From assembly GCF_001194135.2 (NCBI RefSeq), contig NC_068990.1, forward strand, positions 19,875,205 to 19,939,204: a stretch of 64,000 bases of DNA. The letters run 5' to 3'. Shown in pieces: positions 22,771 to 34,921 of the stretch. A model generated the notes under the pieces. The model saw only the letters and a program-made list of their open reading frames with translations. It was not told where the DNA came from and ran no database searches. The position numbers were made by a program, and so were the translations under genes. Every line of letters begins with the position of its first letter. Position 1 is the first letter of the stretch. The stretch comes from Octopus bimaculoides (lineage: Eukaryota).

Positions 22771-24295
22771 AGATGATTGTAACCTAGGTGAAAAAAAAAT
22801 CAATGTTAAGTTATTGATACGTTTGGACAAGTCTATGTCTGTATTATCTGACAATTGCAAAACAATGTTTTTAAAAAAATTCAAAACTCTGCAAAAATCC
22901 GCTACAAATTCTTCATGGTTCAAAACGTTGCTTACTTTTTACTCAACCTGATATTCCTAACGAACAAGCTATATCTACGTAAAGATTATACATCCTAAAT
23001 ACGTGTTAGATCTTCATTCATATTTTCTCATTAATATTTTCCCAAAGTATCTTGTTACGTTGATTTGTTGTAAAATAAAGTATAGTTTGCGCTTTTGAAT
23101 TGATAACATATTGAACACAAAGCTACATACTCTTTGACAAATATTTATTCATATCTATCGTTGGGAAATATATTGCTACCGTTTGAATTTCGTACGCTAT
23201 ACCATGTTATTTCATTTGAACAATCCTTGTTATTTGACAGGTGTGAATGACTTAGTGTAGTGGCTGCGTGTTTGGCTTAGCATTTCATTCGAATATCTAT
23301 ATCATCGTTTTATATATTTTAGTTATTTTCTACTTTCTTTTGAAGTCACTGTACATCATTGTTCGTTTCTAGTCTGAAGGTTTCTATAGCATTTTCAGTT
23401 CGTGTGGATGTCGCCTTTATTTCAATTCGTCTCTTTTGTTTTGTTTTCTTTCTTCTGAGAGCCCTACGTGGTTTATAGGCCGTGGCTTCTGTTTTGATGT
23501 TTTCGTTGGGGAGTTAGTAGTTCTAGGTTAAGCTTTATATTAGTAGTTGGATATTTCGTTTTATATTCGATGTTAATTCTTTCAAAAGTTGTTCTATACG
23601 AATATTCGTGAGCGTATTCGTTATTATAAATATCCATATATTCTCGAGTGTATTTACTTTCATATATTTCATCTCTCCTTCGATCTTTTCTCACCGTGAC
23701 TCATATATCTCTTTTATAACGCTTTTATGTGCTTAACACGGCATTCCTGATAGAAGGCATGTAACACATCAACAAAAAGAAAAAAAAAACTGCTCCAGTT
23801 GTCACTTTAAATTTTGTTCTTATTTTAAACACTGACATTAAGAGAAGCGCAATTCTGTATGCAATGAGCTTTTTTTGTGATAACACATACCGGCTCTGAA
23901 ATATATCATACATCCTAACCCTTATTATTTTCGTTGTTGATTGACATGCACCGAGTCATGGTTCATTTTAAGCTTAATTTTTTGTTGTTGTTGCTTCTTT
24001 CATTTAGAATTTCGCTTCGTTTACATTACAGGTTTATCTATATTTACATGTCTTGCGTATTTTCTAGAAACAGCAATCGCTTTGTGCAATATTTATGTCA
24101 ATTGTGGAATACTTTTACATATATTGCGTTTTTGCTATTTTTTAGTTGTTATTTGTATTCTAAATTTCATCCCCCTTATTTTGTTTGCCCAGCCAGTTAA
24201 CCTCATTTACGCCTGTGTTATTTTAGCAATATATTGGAGATCATCACAATACATATACGCATATATATNNNNNNNNNNNNNNNNNNNNNNNNNNN

Positions 24296-24354
<59 letters not shown>

Positions 24355-24524
24355 GACAGACAGATATAGAGACACAAACATACATTCATAGATACATATA
24401 TATATGCATATACAATGACAGTTGTTGTTGGGAGGTCAAAATAGCATCGTTTTATGTAGAGTTAAATTATTGACGATGGTGATTTTACAGTTCATATTTC
24501 AGATAGCCAAACTGTTCCTTATTT

Positions 24525-24650
24525 TTGCTTGTAGAGTTGGTAGCACGCCGAGCGATATGTTTCCCGTCATTTCACCTGTTTTTACTTTCTGCGTTCAAAT
24601 TCTCTCACGTCGCTTTTGAGTTTCATTTTTCGGGGTCGATACAGTAAGTT
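24525..24650 (+). mobile_element. old SINE family B fragment
   Basis: gagttggtagcacgccgagcg...ctgcgttcaaattc...gtcgcttttgagtttcattttcggggtcgata. Confidence 0.55.
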
Positions 24651-24677
24651 TTAAGGCATTGTGCATATGACAGAAAG

Positions 24678-24729
<52 letters not shown>

Positions 24730-25457
24730 TTCTCTTTGTCACAGGTTTGTTGGAGCGCCTGGAACCTTGCATGCATAGTGGGCTTGCTATCTGCAGCATA
24801 CGGTACCATGCTAATCGATCTTTTCAGCTATCTAATACTTTTCTGATTTTTCTGACCGTGCCAAGGAGGCAAACTTTTTGTAACAGTTCTTTTGGGCCTT
24901 CTATTCCAATTCCTTTTATATTCTTCTTGATACCTTCTGATACTGTTCCCAAGGACTCAAAATAATTGGCACTATATTAACCTTCTTCATTTTCCATAGT
25001 CGGGCTATTTCGTAATTAAGAGGGATGTATCTATCTTTTCGCCTTCCTTCTTGTATATTCGTGTGTCAAAGAGGTATGCAACATCAACTATAGAGAGCAG
25101 ATGTGGTGCACCTTGCCCACCACCACTAGGTTTGGTCTGTTATGCTCTAGCACTTGATCTGTTTGGATTGGGTAATCCCAGAGGATTTTGGTAGTTTCTG
25201 ACTCCGTCACTCTCTGTGGTTTGTGCTCATGCCACGTTTTGCGTCTCTTTTCTAGCTCCTACTTTTCGCACATTTTTCAATGTAGCACTTTCGCTACCTG
25301 GTCGTGTCGCCACAACTTGTAATGGTTTTGTGCAAGTCTAGAGCATTCATCCGTGATATGGGCAATGGTTTCATTCGCTTTATTGCAGATGCGGCACAGC
25401 GAAGACATTTGCACATTCCTTTGTTCATAATCAAAGCGTTGTCCTGCGCTACCAGTA
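24730..25457 (-). mobile_element. R4/Dong-like RLE non-LTR retrotransposon 3' fragment ending in (AAT)n
   Basis: LVAQDNAL, then SSLCRICNKANETIAHITDECSRLAQNHYKLWRHDQVAKVLH (CCHC knuckle). RLE region KILWD...RPN...VDVAY, and C-terminal QKVCLLGTVRKIRKVLDS*. The ~100-bp 3' UTR abuts the (ATT)n run at 24681-24729. Confidence 0.88.
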
Positions 25458-25745
25458 TGTGTGTGTTTGTGTGCATATAGGCATGTGTACATTAAAACTG
25501 CATTTTAAATTCCATAAATTTTACTCCTTCTGCTTTACACCCGAATATTGAAGTAGCATTTGCTTTCACTCAAAGATGTGAGTCAGAAAATGGAAAAAGA
25601 AACCAAACACACAAAAAAAGAATGAATGAAAGAAAAGGACATAAAACTATACGAAACAAGACTGATTCTAACAGAGGATAAGAAATATATTCCGAAAATT
25701 AAATGCCCAGACAACTTTATTCGAACTATATTTTAGAGCGTATAT

Positions 25746-25792
<47 letters not shown>

Positions 25793-25813
25793 TACACACA
25801 CATNNNNNNNNNN

Positions 25814-25860
<47 letters not shown>

Positions 25861-26752
25861 TATATATATACATATGTATATCACTCCATACAATATATCA
25901 TAAAGGGTTGCGTCGCCACATATGGCCGAAGCCATAAAGTTTCTAGGATCGATTGCTTTCGGCTGTTTTTTCTGCGGAAAGCAATGTTATGTTGTGAAGA
26001 AAGTCTTGCATTTTATTCTATATTTTGTCACTATGAGTCGCCATCGTTGCATTAAATATCAGCCAGTACGAGGATCTATTTAATTGATTATACAGACAGC
26101 GTCTAAAAATACGTGATCTTGTGTTAACATGAGAAGTTTGATAGTTAATGGTACTAAGCATTTTGTAAGTTAAAATATTGCACTAACCGGTATTGCGAGG
26201 TTTGGGTATTCTCTTTCTCGCTTAATTTCCGAGTTCAAATCCCAGAATTCACTGTTGTAATTCTTACATATTTCTTTTTATCTATCCGTAACATCAGTAT
26301 CATAACAGTAGTTGAAAACATTTGCTTTGTTCTAAAACTGGAAGCAATTAACTTCTGTATTCTCTATAATTAGTTTCAGTCATCAGAATGTGGTCATGCG
26401 GGAGCACTGCCTTATACGATTATATTTATTTTTTTCAAACTGTATCACTTCATGATAAATTGCACAAAGTGTTTTATAAACATTGACTATATCAGAATCT
26501 GACGTTTTTCTAAACATTAAATAAATTTAGAAAGCTTTCTAATTTTCTCCGTCTCTATTTAGTGGCTTTCATTGATATATATATATAAAATAGAATAAAA
26601 TAAAAATGAGCATTAAAATGTGACAACAAAGATATATACGAAAACGAACTGTACAAAGCATGAAGAAATAGGTGGAAAATAAATTTGATAAATTACACTT
26701 ACGTTTCTCATTAATTTTCTTTAGAAACGTGTCGTGAATGGAAATTTGTTGC

Positions 26753-26788
<36 letters not shown>

Positions 26789-26794
26789 TTCTCT

Positions 26795-26845
<51 letters not shown>

Positions 26846-27242
26846 GAGTATTGTGAAGCTCACTGTCTGCTGAATCAGGAAACTAATGTGATTTGCATCT
26901 AAATAGGAGATAAATCAAGACTGTATCATCCGCAGATGTATCATTGAGACAGTTAACACCTCTCACACTGAACGTCTTCAAGTCTTCTGATAAACGAGCA
27001 TTTCTTCTTTTACACCGAGAAACTTAACTAGAGTGAAAGATAAGTCTGGATGAAGTATATCAAATGAAATATCAAATTCAAAGAAAACCATAATTTGGGA
27101 GCTGATGTCCTCCGATAGCCTCGGGTTAACCTATATGTTGATAATGGAATTTGCTTGACGGACTGAAATATGTAGAATGCCATCGTGTATGTATGGATAT
27201 AAACGTACATACATAAATACATGCATGCATGCGTATCTTTGG

Positions 27243-27470
27243 TTGGGAGAGACAGGAAAAAACATATACTGTCATAGAAATCAGTTGCCCTGCTGATGTG
27301 AATCTCTTTGAAATGAAAGAATATGAGCATCACTGAGGATAACTGCATCGAAACCTACAGCTCCCATGCCAAGATTATAAATTCACATTTATATCAGAAA
27401 TAGATACACTTGGGTTTGTCAGAAGCTGGAAAAGTTAGGGTCTTCAGAATAGGAAATTAACCACCTCTTC
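27243..27470 (+). mobile_element. RLE LINE fragment of the same family as 50156-51499
   Basis: WERQEKTYTVIEISCPADVNL...RNLQLPCQDYKFTFI parallels WDREEKLCIVVEISYPADVNI...RNLQLLYPDYKFRF at 50876-51010. Confidence 0.7.
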
Positions 27471-27739
27471 GTACATTACAAATATAATGTGTTAGCGGAA
27501 CAGTACTAATGAGCGAGAATTTTCTCAAATTCGAACTACTAAATTGTTCTTACTTTCTACGTTCCGGAAATGGAGATGTATATCTTTGTTAGCAACTAGC
27601 TACTTGTTTACAGGAAGATTTCAACTGGTTCCAAATAGAATCGAACAAATAACCATACATTCATACACAGAGAGACATATACACGCGCACACATATATAC
27701 ACGCGCACACATATATGCACGCGTATATGTTTGTCCCCT

Positions 27740-27926
27740 CCATAGAGAGGACAAAAGGATTAGGTTGATTACATCGACCCCAGTGCGTAACTGGTATTTG
27801 ATTTATCGACTCCGAAAGAATGAAAGGCAAAGTCGACCTCAGCGGAATTTGAACTCAGAACGTAACGGCAGACGAAATACCGCTAAGCATTTCACCCGGT
27901 GTGATAACGCTTCTGCCAGCTCGCCC

Positions 27927-27930
<4 letters not shown>
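27740..27930 (-). mobile_element. SINE family B, well-conserved full-length copy
   Basis: The reverse complement reads aagggggcgagctggcagaagcgttatcacaccgggtgaaatgcttagcggtatttcgtctgccgttacgttctgagttcaaattccgctgaggtcgactttgcctttcattctttcggagtcgataaatcaaataccagttacgcactggggtcgatgtaatc. Confidence 0.92.
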
Positions 27931-27958
<28 letters not shown>

Positions 27959-30023
27959 NNNNNNNNNNNNNNNNNNNNNNNNNNNNNNNNNNNNNNNNNN
28001 NNNNNNNNNNNNNNNNNNNNNNNNNNNNNNNNNNNNNNNNNNNNNNNNNNNNNNNNNNNNNNNNNNNNNNNNNNNNNNNNNNNNNNNNNNNNNNNNNNNN
28101 NNNNNNNNNNNNNNNNNNNNNNNNNNNNNNNNNNNNNNNNNNNNNNNNNNNNNNNNNNNNNNNNNNNNNNNNNNNNNNNNNNNNNNNNNNNNNNNNNNNN
28201 NNNNNNNNNNNNNNNNNNNNNNNNNNNNNNNNNNNNNNNNNNNNNNNNNNNNNNNNNNNNNNNNNNNNNNNNNNNNNNNNNNNNNNNNNNNNNNNNNNNN
28301 NNNNNNNNNNNNNNNNNNNNNNNNNNNNNNNNNNNNNNNNNNNNNNNNNNNNNNNNNNNNNNNNNNNNNNNNNNNNNNNNNNNNNNNNNNNNNNNNNNNN
28401 NNNNNNNNNNNNNNNNNNNNNNNNNNNNNNNNNNNNNNNNNNNNNNNNNNNNNNNNNNNNNNNNNNNTATATATATATATATATTCTATATATATTCTAT
28501 GTTGTAAGAATAGACTTAGAGAGAACGGAAAATATCATACACGGCTGAGATAGTCCTTCCTCTGTTATCACTGAATAAAATCAAAAATGTGTAGAGCCAG
28601 AATGTTTACCGTCTGACGGTCTCATTTAAGAGAAGCATAACAATAGAATACAATTGAATATTCATTTTCGTGGTCCGTTAATACATATTTATAATAATAT
28701 CACGAGGTCCGAAATTTAAATAAATTTGATTTGTTGAATCTGTGGTTCATTTTACCTATACCGATACTATGATAATCGAGGTTGAAGGGGCTTACAGGTA
28801 GACTCATGTGTATGCCTTCAGATCACATTACTATCTAACATCCTGTCCTGGAATCTCTGTACAAAAGTTCAACGTAACAGTTTTTCTACATCATCTAGGG
28901 CTACTATGGTAGCCTCGGCCATCGGAAACCAACTCCAGGGAAACATTCCTGAGACATTTATTTCTCCTTCAACATGGAGCCACATTGCATTATGTTCCCC
29001 AAGCTCTACAGTATTCCCTTATCCCAGATCTTTTTTTCTCAGAGTGAGAAACCTCTTTGCATCCGTTATTGTTTACGCTTATTCTTGCAAATATTCATAG
29101 ACTGATAGGCAAAGACACAAAACAAACATTAAGGTGGTTTATAATGTATTTTTGTCCAGAAGGTTCTACAAAAGTACCAGAAATATAAACGCACTTTATG
29201 TGAAATACAATTTGAGACGAAAGTGTATATGTCTTCGAGAAGAGCAAGTGATGCTTTCCACATTTGCACGATACTAAAGATTAATAGCACTCACAATATT
29301 TCACACAATGTTATTTAAATCTACGATTAAGTATTTCTCACATGAATATATGCAAGTCAATAATATTATATATATAAAATTTCGTTGTGAACGTATTGTT
29401 TATAGATATATATGAGTATATACATATTTCTCAATGGCGATTTTATTGATTAAATGTACTCTTTAGTATTTCAAGATATTTTTTATGTAATTTGGGGAAA
29501 TATATATGTTAAAATGAGATATCAGATATCAGATATTTTCATTTCTGGGTAATTTAGACGACAGTTTATTCACCGCACTCTGTATATATGTTTGTATGTA
29601 TGTATTTATATATATATATGTATTTATACATATCTATCTATCTATATTTATCTACCTATCTGTCTCTTTATCTATATACATATATAAATTAAAAGGGTAA
29701 AGGATTATCAATTTATTAATTAATAAATCAATTAATAATTAATAATTTTTACCAAGCTTTTTTAGCTGCTATTTTCTGAACTTCGGTATATGGTGAAGCA
29801 AATATTTTGCTGATCCCTTAATTATATTTATATACATATATATATATATTTGTATATATACATAGAAATAGATAGATAGATATATGCGTGTATGTGTGTA
29901 ACTAAGTTTCGTGTATGTATGCATCTTTGAGGGGTATGTTTACATATGTAGAAAAATTGATAAATACATTGATAGGTTGATTGATATGGTTGTCATGGAG
30001 AAAGGAGAGAACAAAACAAAAGA

Positions 30024-30026
<3 letters not shown>

Positions 30027-30115
<89 letters not shown>
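30027..30115. repeat. (GA)n microsatellite
   Basis: Read directly from the sequence. Confidence 0.97.
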
Positions 30116-30118
<3 letters not shown>

Positions 30119-30288
30119 AGAGAGACAATGTTAGAAAACGGAATATCTTATACATTTAGTGCAACCCGTAAAAATGGGAAGTGACTGTTATGCCTTAATC
30201 GTCATCGGAAATTATTACTTCCAAGACGCGTGTGATGTTCAAAATGTTATGATGAAGGCAAGTATAACACAGTACCTACACATGTTTG

Positions 30289-30797
30289 GTGAGCTAACAG
30301 AATCGTTAGCACGTCGGGCGATATCTTAGTGGTATTTCGTCTGTCTCTACGTTCTGAGTTCAAATCGCAGCGAGGTCGACTTTCCAGTTCTATATTGAAG
30401 AGATGAGGAATTATGCACATTATTTACATTATTTACATTTGACGGGCATATAGCGTAGTGTTTAAGAGTGCGGGTTACTAACCCCAAAATTCCGAGTTCG
30501 ATTCCAAGCAGTGACATGAGTAATAATAACAACATCGAAAAATACCTTAAGAATGAGAACCCAAGTTCAAAATTTCCCTAAGACACCTGATGAAGGCTGG
30601 AGGGTATAGCAGCCAAAAGTTCGTGTAAACAACAAAGATGAGGACAAATAGCCATCTAATTTAAATAATGGAGGTCGACTTTGCCCTTCATCCTTTCGGG
30701 GTCGATGAATAAAGTACCAGTTGCGTACTGGTGACGATCTAATCGACTACCCCCTTCCCCCCAAATTTCGGGCCTTGTGCCTAGAGTAGAAAAGAAT
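30289..30797 (+). mobile_element. SINE family B split by a SINE-E insertion (halves 30289-30383 and 30671-30797)
   Basis: The head ends at gaggtcgacttt (30372-30383), and the element resumes with the same 12-mer at 30671-30682 followed by gcccttcatcctttcggggtcgat. Confidence 0.88.
30384..30670 (+). mobile_element. SINE family E: inverted tail copy, tRNA-like head, body and hammerhead-like tail
   Basis: A-box-like tagcgtagtg (30451) and B-box gagttcgattcc (30494). gacac-CTGATGA-a-GGCTG(gagggtatag)CAGCC-aAAA-gttc-gtgt at 30582-30626. Flanked by a perfect 12-bp TSD. Confidence 0.8.
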
Positions 30798-31220
30798 AAA
30801 TTACAAGTTATTATAATAATAAGCGTATTGTTGCCCCTTCACCCTGAAAATCTGGTTAGACTTCAACAAAGGAATCCATCAGCATTAAATTAAATGACGG
30901 ATTAGATCTACCCCCCTTTTCTGATGCTTAGCGGCATTTCGCCCACTCTTACGATCTGAATTGAAATTCCTCCAAGGTCGATGGCATACGTTAGAATGTT
31001 CGATCTACCCAACCTCACTCTTTAGGCTCGAATGAAAAACCACTTGATGTGTGACCCAATATGGTAGAATATTTGACCGAAAAAAAAATGTTAATTCAAA
31101 CTTTTAAATACATGCCTACAAAAATCCAAAATAGACTCAAACGAATTAGATTGAATGGATGAAAAACTTTTCGTATACAAATATAAATCTTCCTTCTTAC
31201 TGTCAGTATTTAAAGTAGCT

Positions 31221-31320
31221 TAAGGCGACGTGCTGGCAGAATCGTTAGCACGCCGGACAAAATGCGTAGCGGCATTTTGCCCACCATTACAGTCCGAGTT
31301 GAAATTCCTCCCAAGTCGAT
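31221..31320 (+). mobile_element. SINE family B, 5' half
   Basis: taaggcgacgtgctggcagaatcgttagcacgccggacaaaatgcgtagcggcatttt...gagttgaaattcc. Confidence 0.8.
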
Positions 31321-31334
31321 TCTATATAAATATA

Positions 31335-31540
31335 ATGATGATTTCAAATTTTGCCACAAGCTAAAGGCGGTTTAAAATCAATTACATCGGCCCCAGTGAT
31401 CAAAGTGTTCTTCCTTTATCGACCTCGAAAGCGTAAAAAAGCAAAGTCGACCTCGGTGGAACTTGAACTTAGAACGTAAAGACGGACGAAACGCCGCACC
31501 ACGAACTGTCGCTAAACAGTTTCCCTGGCGTGCTAAAGAC
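31335..31540 (-). mobile_element. SINE family B, inverted relative to the previous copy
   Basis: caaattttgccacaag...attacatcggccccagtg...ttatcgacctcgaaag...gcaaagtcgacctcggtggaacttgaacttagaacgtaaagacggacgaaacgccgc. Confidence 0.8.
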
Positions 31541-32411
31541 ACAACAAACTCGCTGCTTCAATGGTTACTATATATAATGCAAATTTCATTGCAGTAGTAC
31601 TAACAGTGACAGTAGTTGCAGTAGAAGCGATGTATGTTGTCATTGTTGTTGGAACCAATGAAGTTGTTCTTGTTAGTTTTTTTTTTTTTTATGTGTGTAG
31701 TGGTCTTGATGTAGCTGTAGTAGTTTATTGCCGTCATTTTGAGACGTGTATATTTGTTTGTACAGTCATTATATTTGCTATTGTTATTGATGTTTCTCAA
31801 ACTGAAGCTGTTTTTACTCTATGTAATTACCTTAAATAAGTTTCATGTTAGTTTTAGTATTATTTTTATTATATCTAAACGTAAAAAAAAAAAACGAAAA
31901 TAAAAAAGAACTCAACTGACCGTAACAGTTTTGTCAATGTTCTTCGCTAAATAATAGTGTAGCAGAATCACGAATGTCTACAGTTAGTAGACCGTAGATA
32001 CTTAATGGTCAATTGACTGCTATTATTTTTCTTGTTAGGAACCACGAAATCTATGTATTTCTTTGTACAGTTCTGTAAGTAGTAAGATGTTGCCGCAGCT
32101 GAATTCTACTGCTGCTGACGATGACGGCTACGACGACGACGATGATGATCATAAGGAGGAGGAGGAAGAGGAGGTTAGGAATAGTAGTAGAAAATGTGGT
32201 GGGATGGGGATACAAAGGCGCTGGTGAAAATACGAAATAAAGGAGCCCATAGCAAAGAACATGAAGTGGAAGAAAAAGTATTCTATTCTAAACTCAAGCA
32301 GTGATGATTCACCGAAATGGTTATTGACATTTTTCTATTTCTGCATTTTGGTTTTACATTTTCTTTCTTCTCTTTATAATCATTATTATTATTGTTGTTG
32401 TTATCACCATC

Positions 32412-32469
<58 letters not shown>

Positions 32470-34801
32470 GCACTCGATAGTGATGTATTTTTTTACAAGT
32501 CTCTTTGAAATAAATGAGTCAAAGGATTTTGCAAGATGAAACAGACTTTTTTTACAAAACATACTCAGATTCAGATAGCTTCATGCAGTTAATCGTATTC
32601 CACTACAGAGGCTGTAATATTTTGAGACACAACTTTACTTTCGCTCGTCACTGACGGCAAATGGCCATGACCAGTACACGCTACGCCTCAGAAAAAATAA
32701 TATGTTTAGAATAATATATTGCAAAGAACAAAAAATTAATTGCAATACAAAACATTTACAAAATTCAGAAGCTAAAAGAAAACAAGCTTATCTAAACCAG
32801 AACAGCAATAACAGCATACATGCTCGCATTGCTCCTAGTTTTAACACGAATAATGAAGGAATATTTTCGCCAGGATCCTATCGGGAAGAGATCGCTTAAT
32901 ATGAAACATTTTTCAGAAAAATCTAGCCATGCATATTTCTTTATACTAGATTGGTGCCAGCATTCCAAAATTAATCTCAGAAGATCGTGAGAAGTGAAAT
33001 ATAACTCCTCCATGTCTCGGCAAACATACATTAGTCTATCTTATCCCATTCATACACAAAAAAGAAATAGATCTAGTAGAAATTTCAAGTGAAATATCCT
33101 TCATTAGCGTGTACATGTCAATTTATATATATGTCGTTTTTAAAACAAGGAGATTGATTGAAAACGTATGCCCATAGAAAAGTGAATGCAACTGTCTATA
33201 AGCCCATTCGAAATCATTTGGCAACATCGAACACTAGAGCCACTGCCAAGACCGTCGGTGATGATGTCAACCCGATGTCAACCACTGGCTACCATTTACA
33301 TTGGTAGGGAAGAGGTCCAGGGTAAATTTAGTCTGGAACAATATTTAATCTGATAAGTTCATAAGGAACATGCTCGGCTTCATAAATCTTCAAAACCGCA
33401 AAATATACCTAGACTGCGTCTCTATAGAAGGTGCTGAGAAGAAGTCCGTAAACCTCAATATCCAGTTATGGAAGGACAGCTGTTTGACGTCTGGTAACAA
33501 ATCCCACTTAAAACTTTATCTCCAAAAACCTAAAGAACGAAAGCACACACACAAAAAAAATCAGACAATGATATTTATGGATTCTTTGAGAGCAGCTGGA
33601 ACTTATGAATCGGTAAATATAATCGTCTGGAACCAAAACAGAAAGAAAAAAGAAAGAAAAATTACTGGATTATCAATTAGAAAATGATGGCTTTTAGTCG
33701 CCAGATCCGCCGGGATACCGAAAATATCTCGATATATTTAGCTTCATTTGCCACATTATTCATACAATTTTTTAACAAGAAGTGATATTCCACATCGTGC
33801 TCTTTTGTTCGAGCACATCAGAATGTAATTATTATTTTTCTTGGAGTCGAATTCTTTTCTAAAATTATTGGTATTTCAATGCAAACATGGGATTCAGATT
33901 GCATAGAAAACTAAATAGATTTGTACATACTGAGAAAAAGAATGACTCTTCAATTTTCAGAACCCCGTAGCATCTGCTTCTATTAAATTACTTTTATTGG
34001 TTTGATTTTAAAGCGCTTTTTAGTTCAATTGGGATTTCAACATATTTTTCAGCTGGGAAATGAAAATTTAAACGTGCATGATGACATACACTCACTTGAT
34101 TCATCTGAAGTCAAGTTTGTTGTAAAACTAGTAAGAATACGTTGACAATTATAATGAAAATGACGATGATGAAGAGAATTCGATATCAATCTTGACAACA
34201 AGATGATTAAGCTAATGTTCATACAGATAACTGGAATAGTTCAACAAAGGAATATTCATTATGTATCTAAATTCGAAAAATAAATAAATAATTGAACGTA
34301 GCGTTATATACATTATATAAGCCAGACGAACAAGCAGGTAATTGAAATCTGAAATATAATAACCACTACAATGTTTATATAATTATCGCATTCTTTGATA
34401 GAAATAAGCCAAATTCCGTTGCAAACAGACATTAGAAAATAGATGAGTATTTAAACACATTAGTACTAAACAGACATAAATCAAATTGAATGTTTGTATC
34501 GAAACTAAACAATTTAAGTGTTGCAATAAGAAATGCTTTCGGCTAGGTCGGGAATTATATAAGTTTTATCTAGCAGAGATTTAGCCAGCAATCTGATTAA
34601 GTCATGTGTTATTTTTTCAAATGTTTACTTAAACATTCATTATTGTTAATCATAATTGATTTGTTCGTTCGAGACATGTTTATCTGAACATACAATAAAT
34701 AATTTCTTCGAAAACGAGCAATGGAAATGTTCGACCATTCCTTAACATATTATTAGTTGATAAAAATATTTTCTTGAGATCCATTCTTTCTTTTTCGTCA
34801 G

Positions 34802-34921
34802 ACATTACGGTGTTTAAACGGCGCGGCAGAGGTGAGAAAAAAGATGTTAACAAATTTCATCAATAATTTCGCAGCGAATGTAGTCAGGACAAGCTTTGCT
34901 CGAGACAATATTTGTGTTTGG
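34802..34921 (+). CDS. candidate internal exon (120 nt; alternative 30-nt form ending at 34831)
   Basis: Acceptor ttctttctttttcgtcag; donors GAG|gtgaga (34831) and TGG|gtgagt (34921). Open as TLRCLNGAAEVRKKMLTNFINNFAANVVRTSFARDNICVW. No homolog recognised. Confidence 0.25.

Larger units (their letters stand above)
20043..22951 (-). mobile_element. mariner (DD34D, Hsmar1/cecropia-like) element with both TIRs, interrupted in the 5' UTR
   Basis: 32-bp TIRs tcaggctgagtaaaaagtaagcaacgttttga (20043-20074) and the reverse complement of 22920-22951 differ at one base; flanks are CA (left) and TA (right). Relic ORF 21168 to 20117: MELPKQDIRAILLFNFRKGHKEAETARDI...KLVPHDLNENHKMR...RIVTCDEMWFMYNH...PHPAYSSDLSPADYHFFKH...LVTRWQK. 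A 47-bp tandem duplication at 20736-20829 frameshifts it. Confidence 0.92.

Noticed and set aside
28960-29045. LLQHGATLHYVPQALQYSLIPDLFFSE as an IS630/Tc1 YSPDLNPIE motif
   Set aside because: The similarity is too weak and no other transposase motifs or TIRs are nearby.
30443-30515. tRNA gene (also the heads at 4700-4768, 2560-2632 and 57881-57950)
   Set aside because: A/B boxes are present, but the acceptor stems do not close and each head continues into a repeat body; these are SINE heads.
33455-33529. Minus-strand VFGDKVLSGICY after a strong acceptor, resembling the Frizzled/Smoothened GDxLSGICY motif
   Set aside because: The frame stops after 24 codons and the following residues do not match Frizzled TM5; probably chance.
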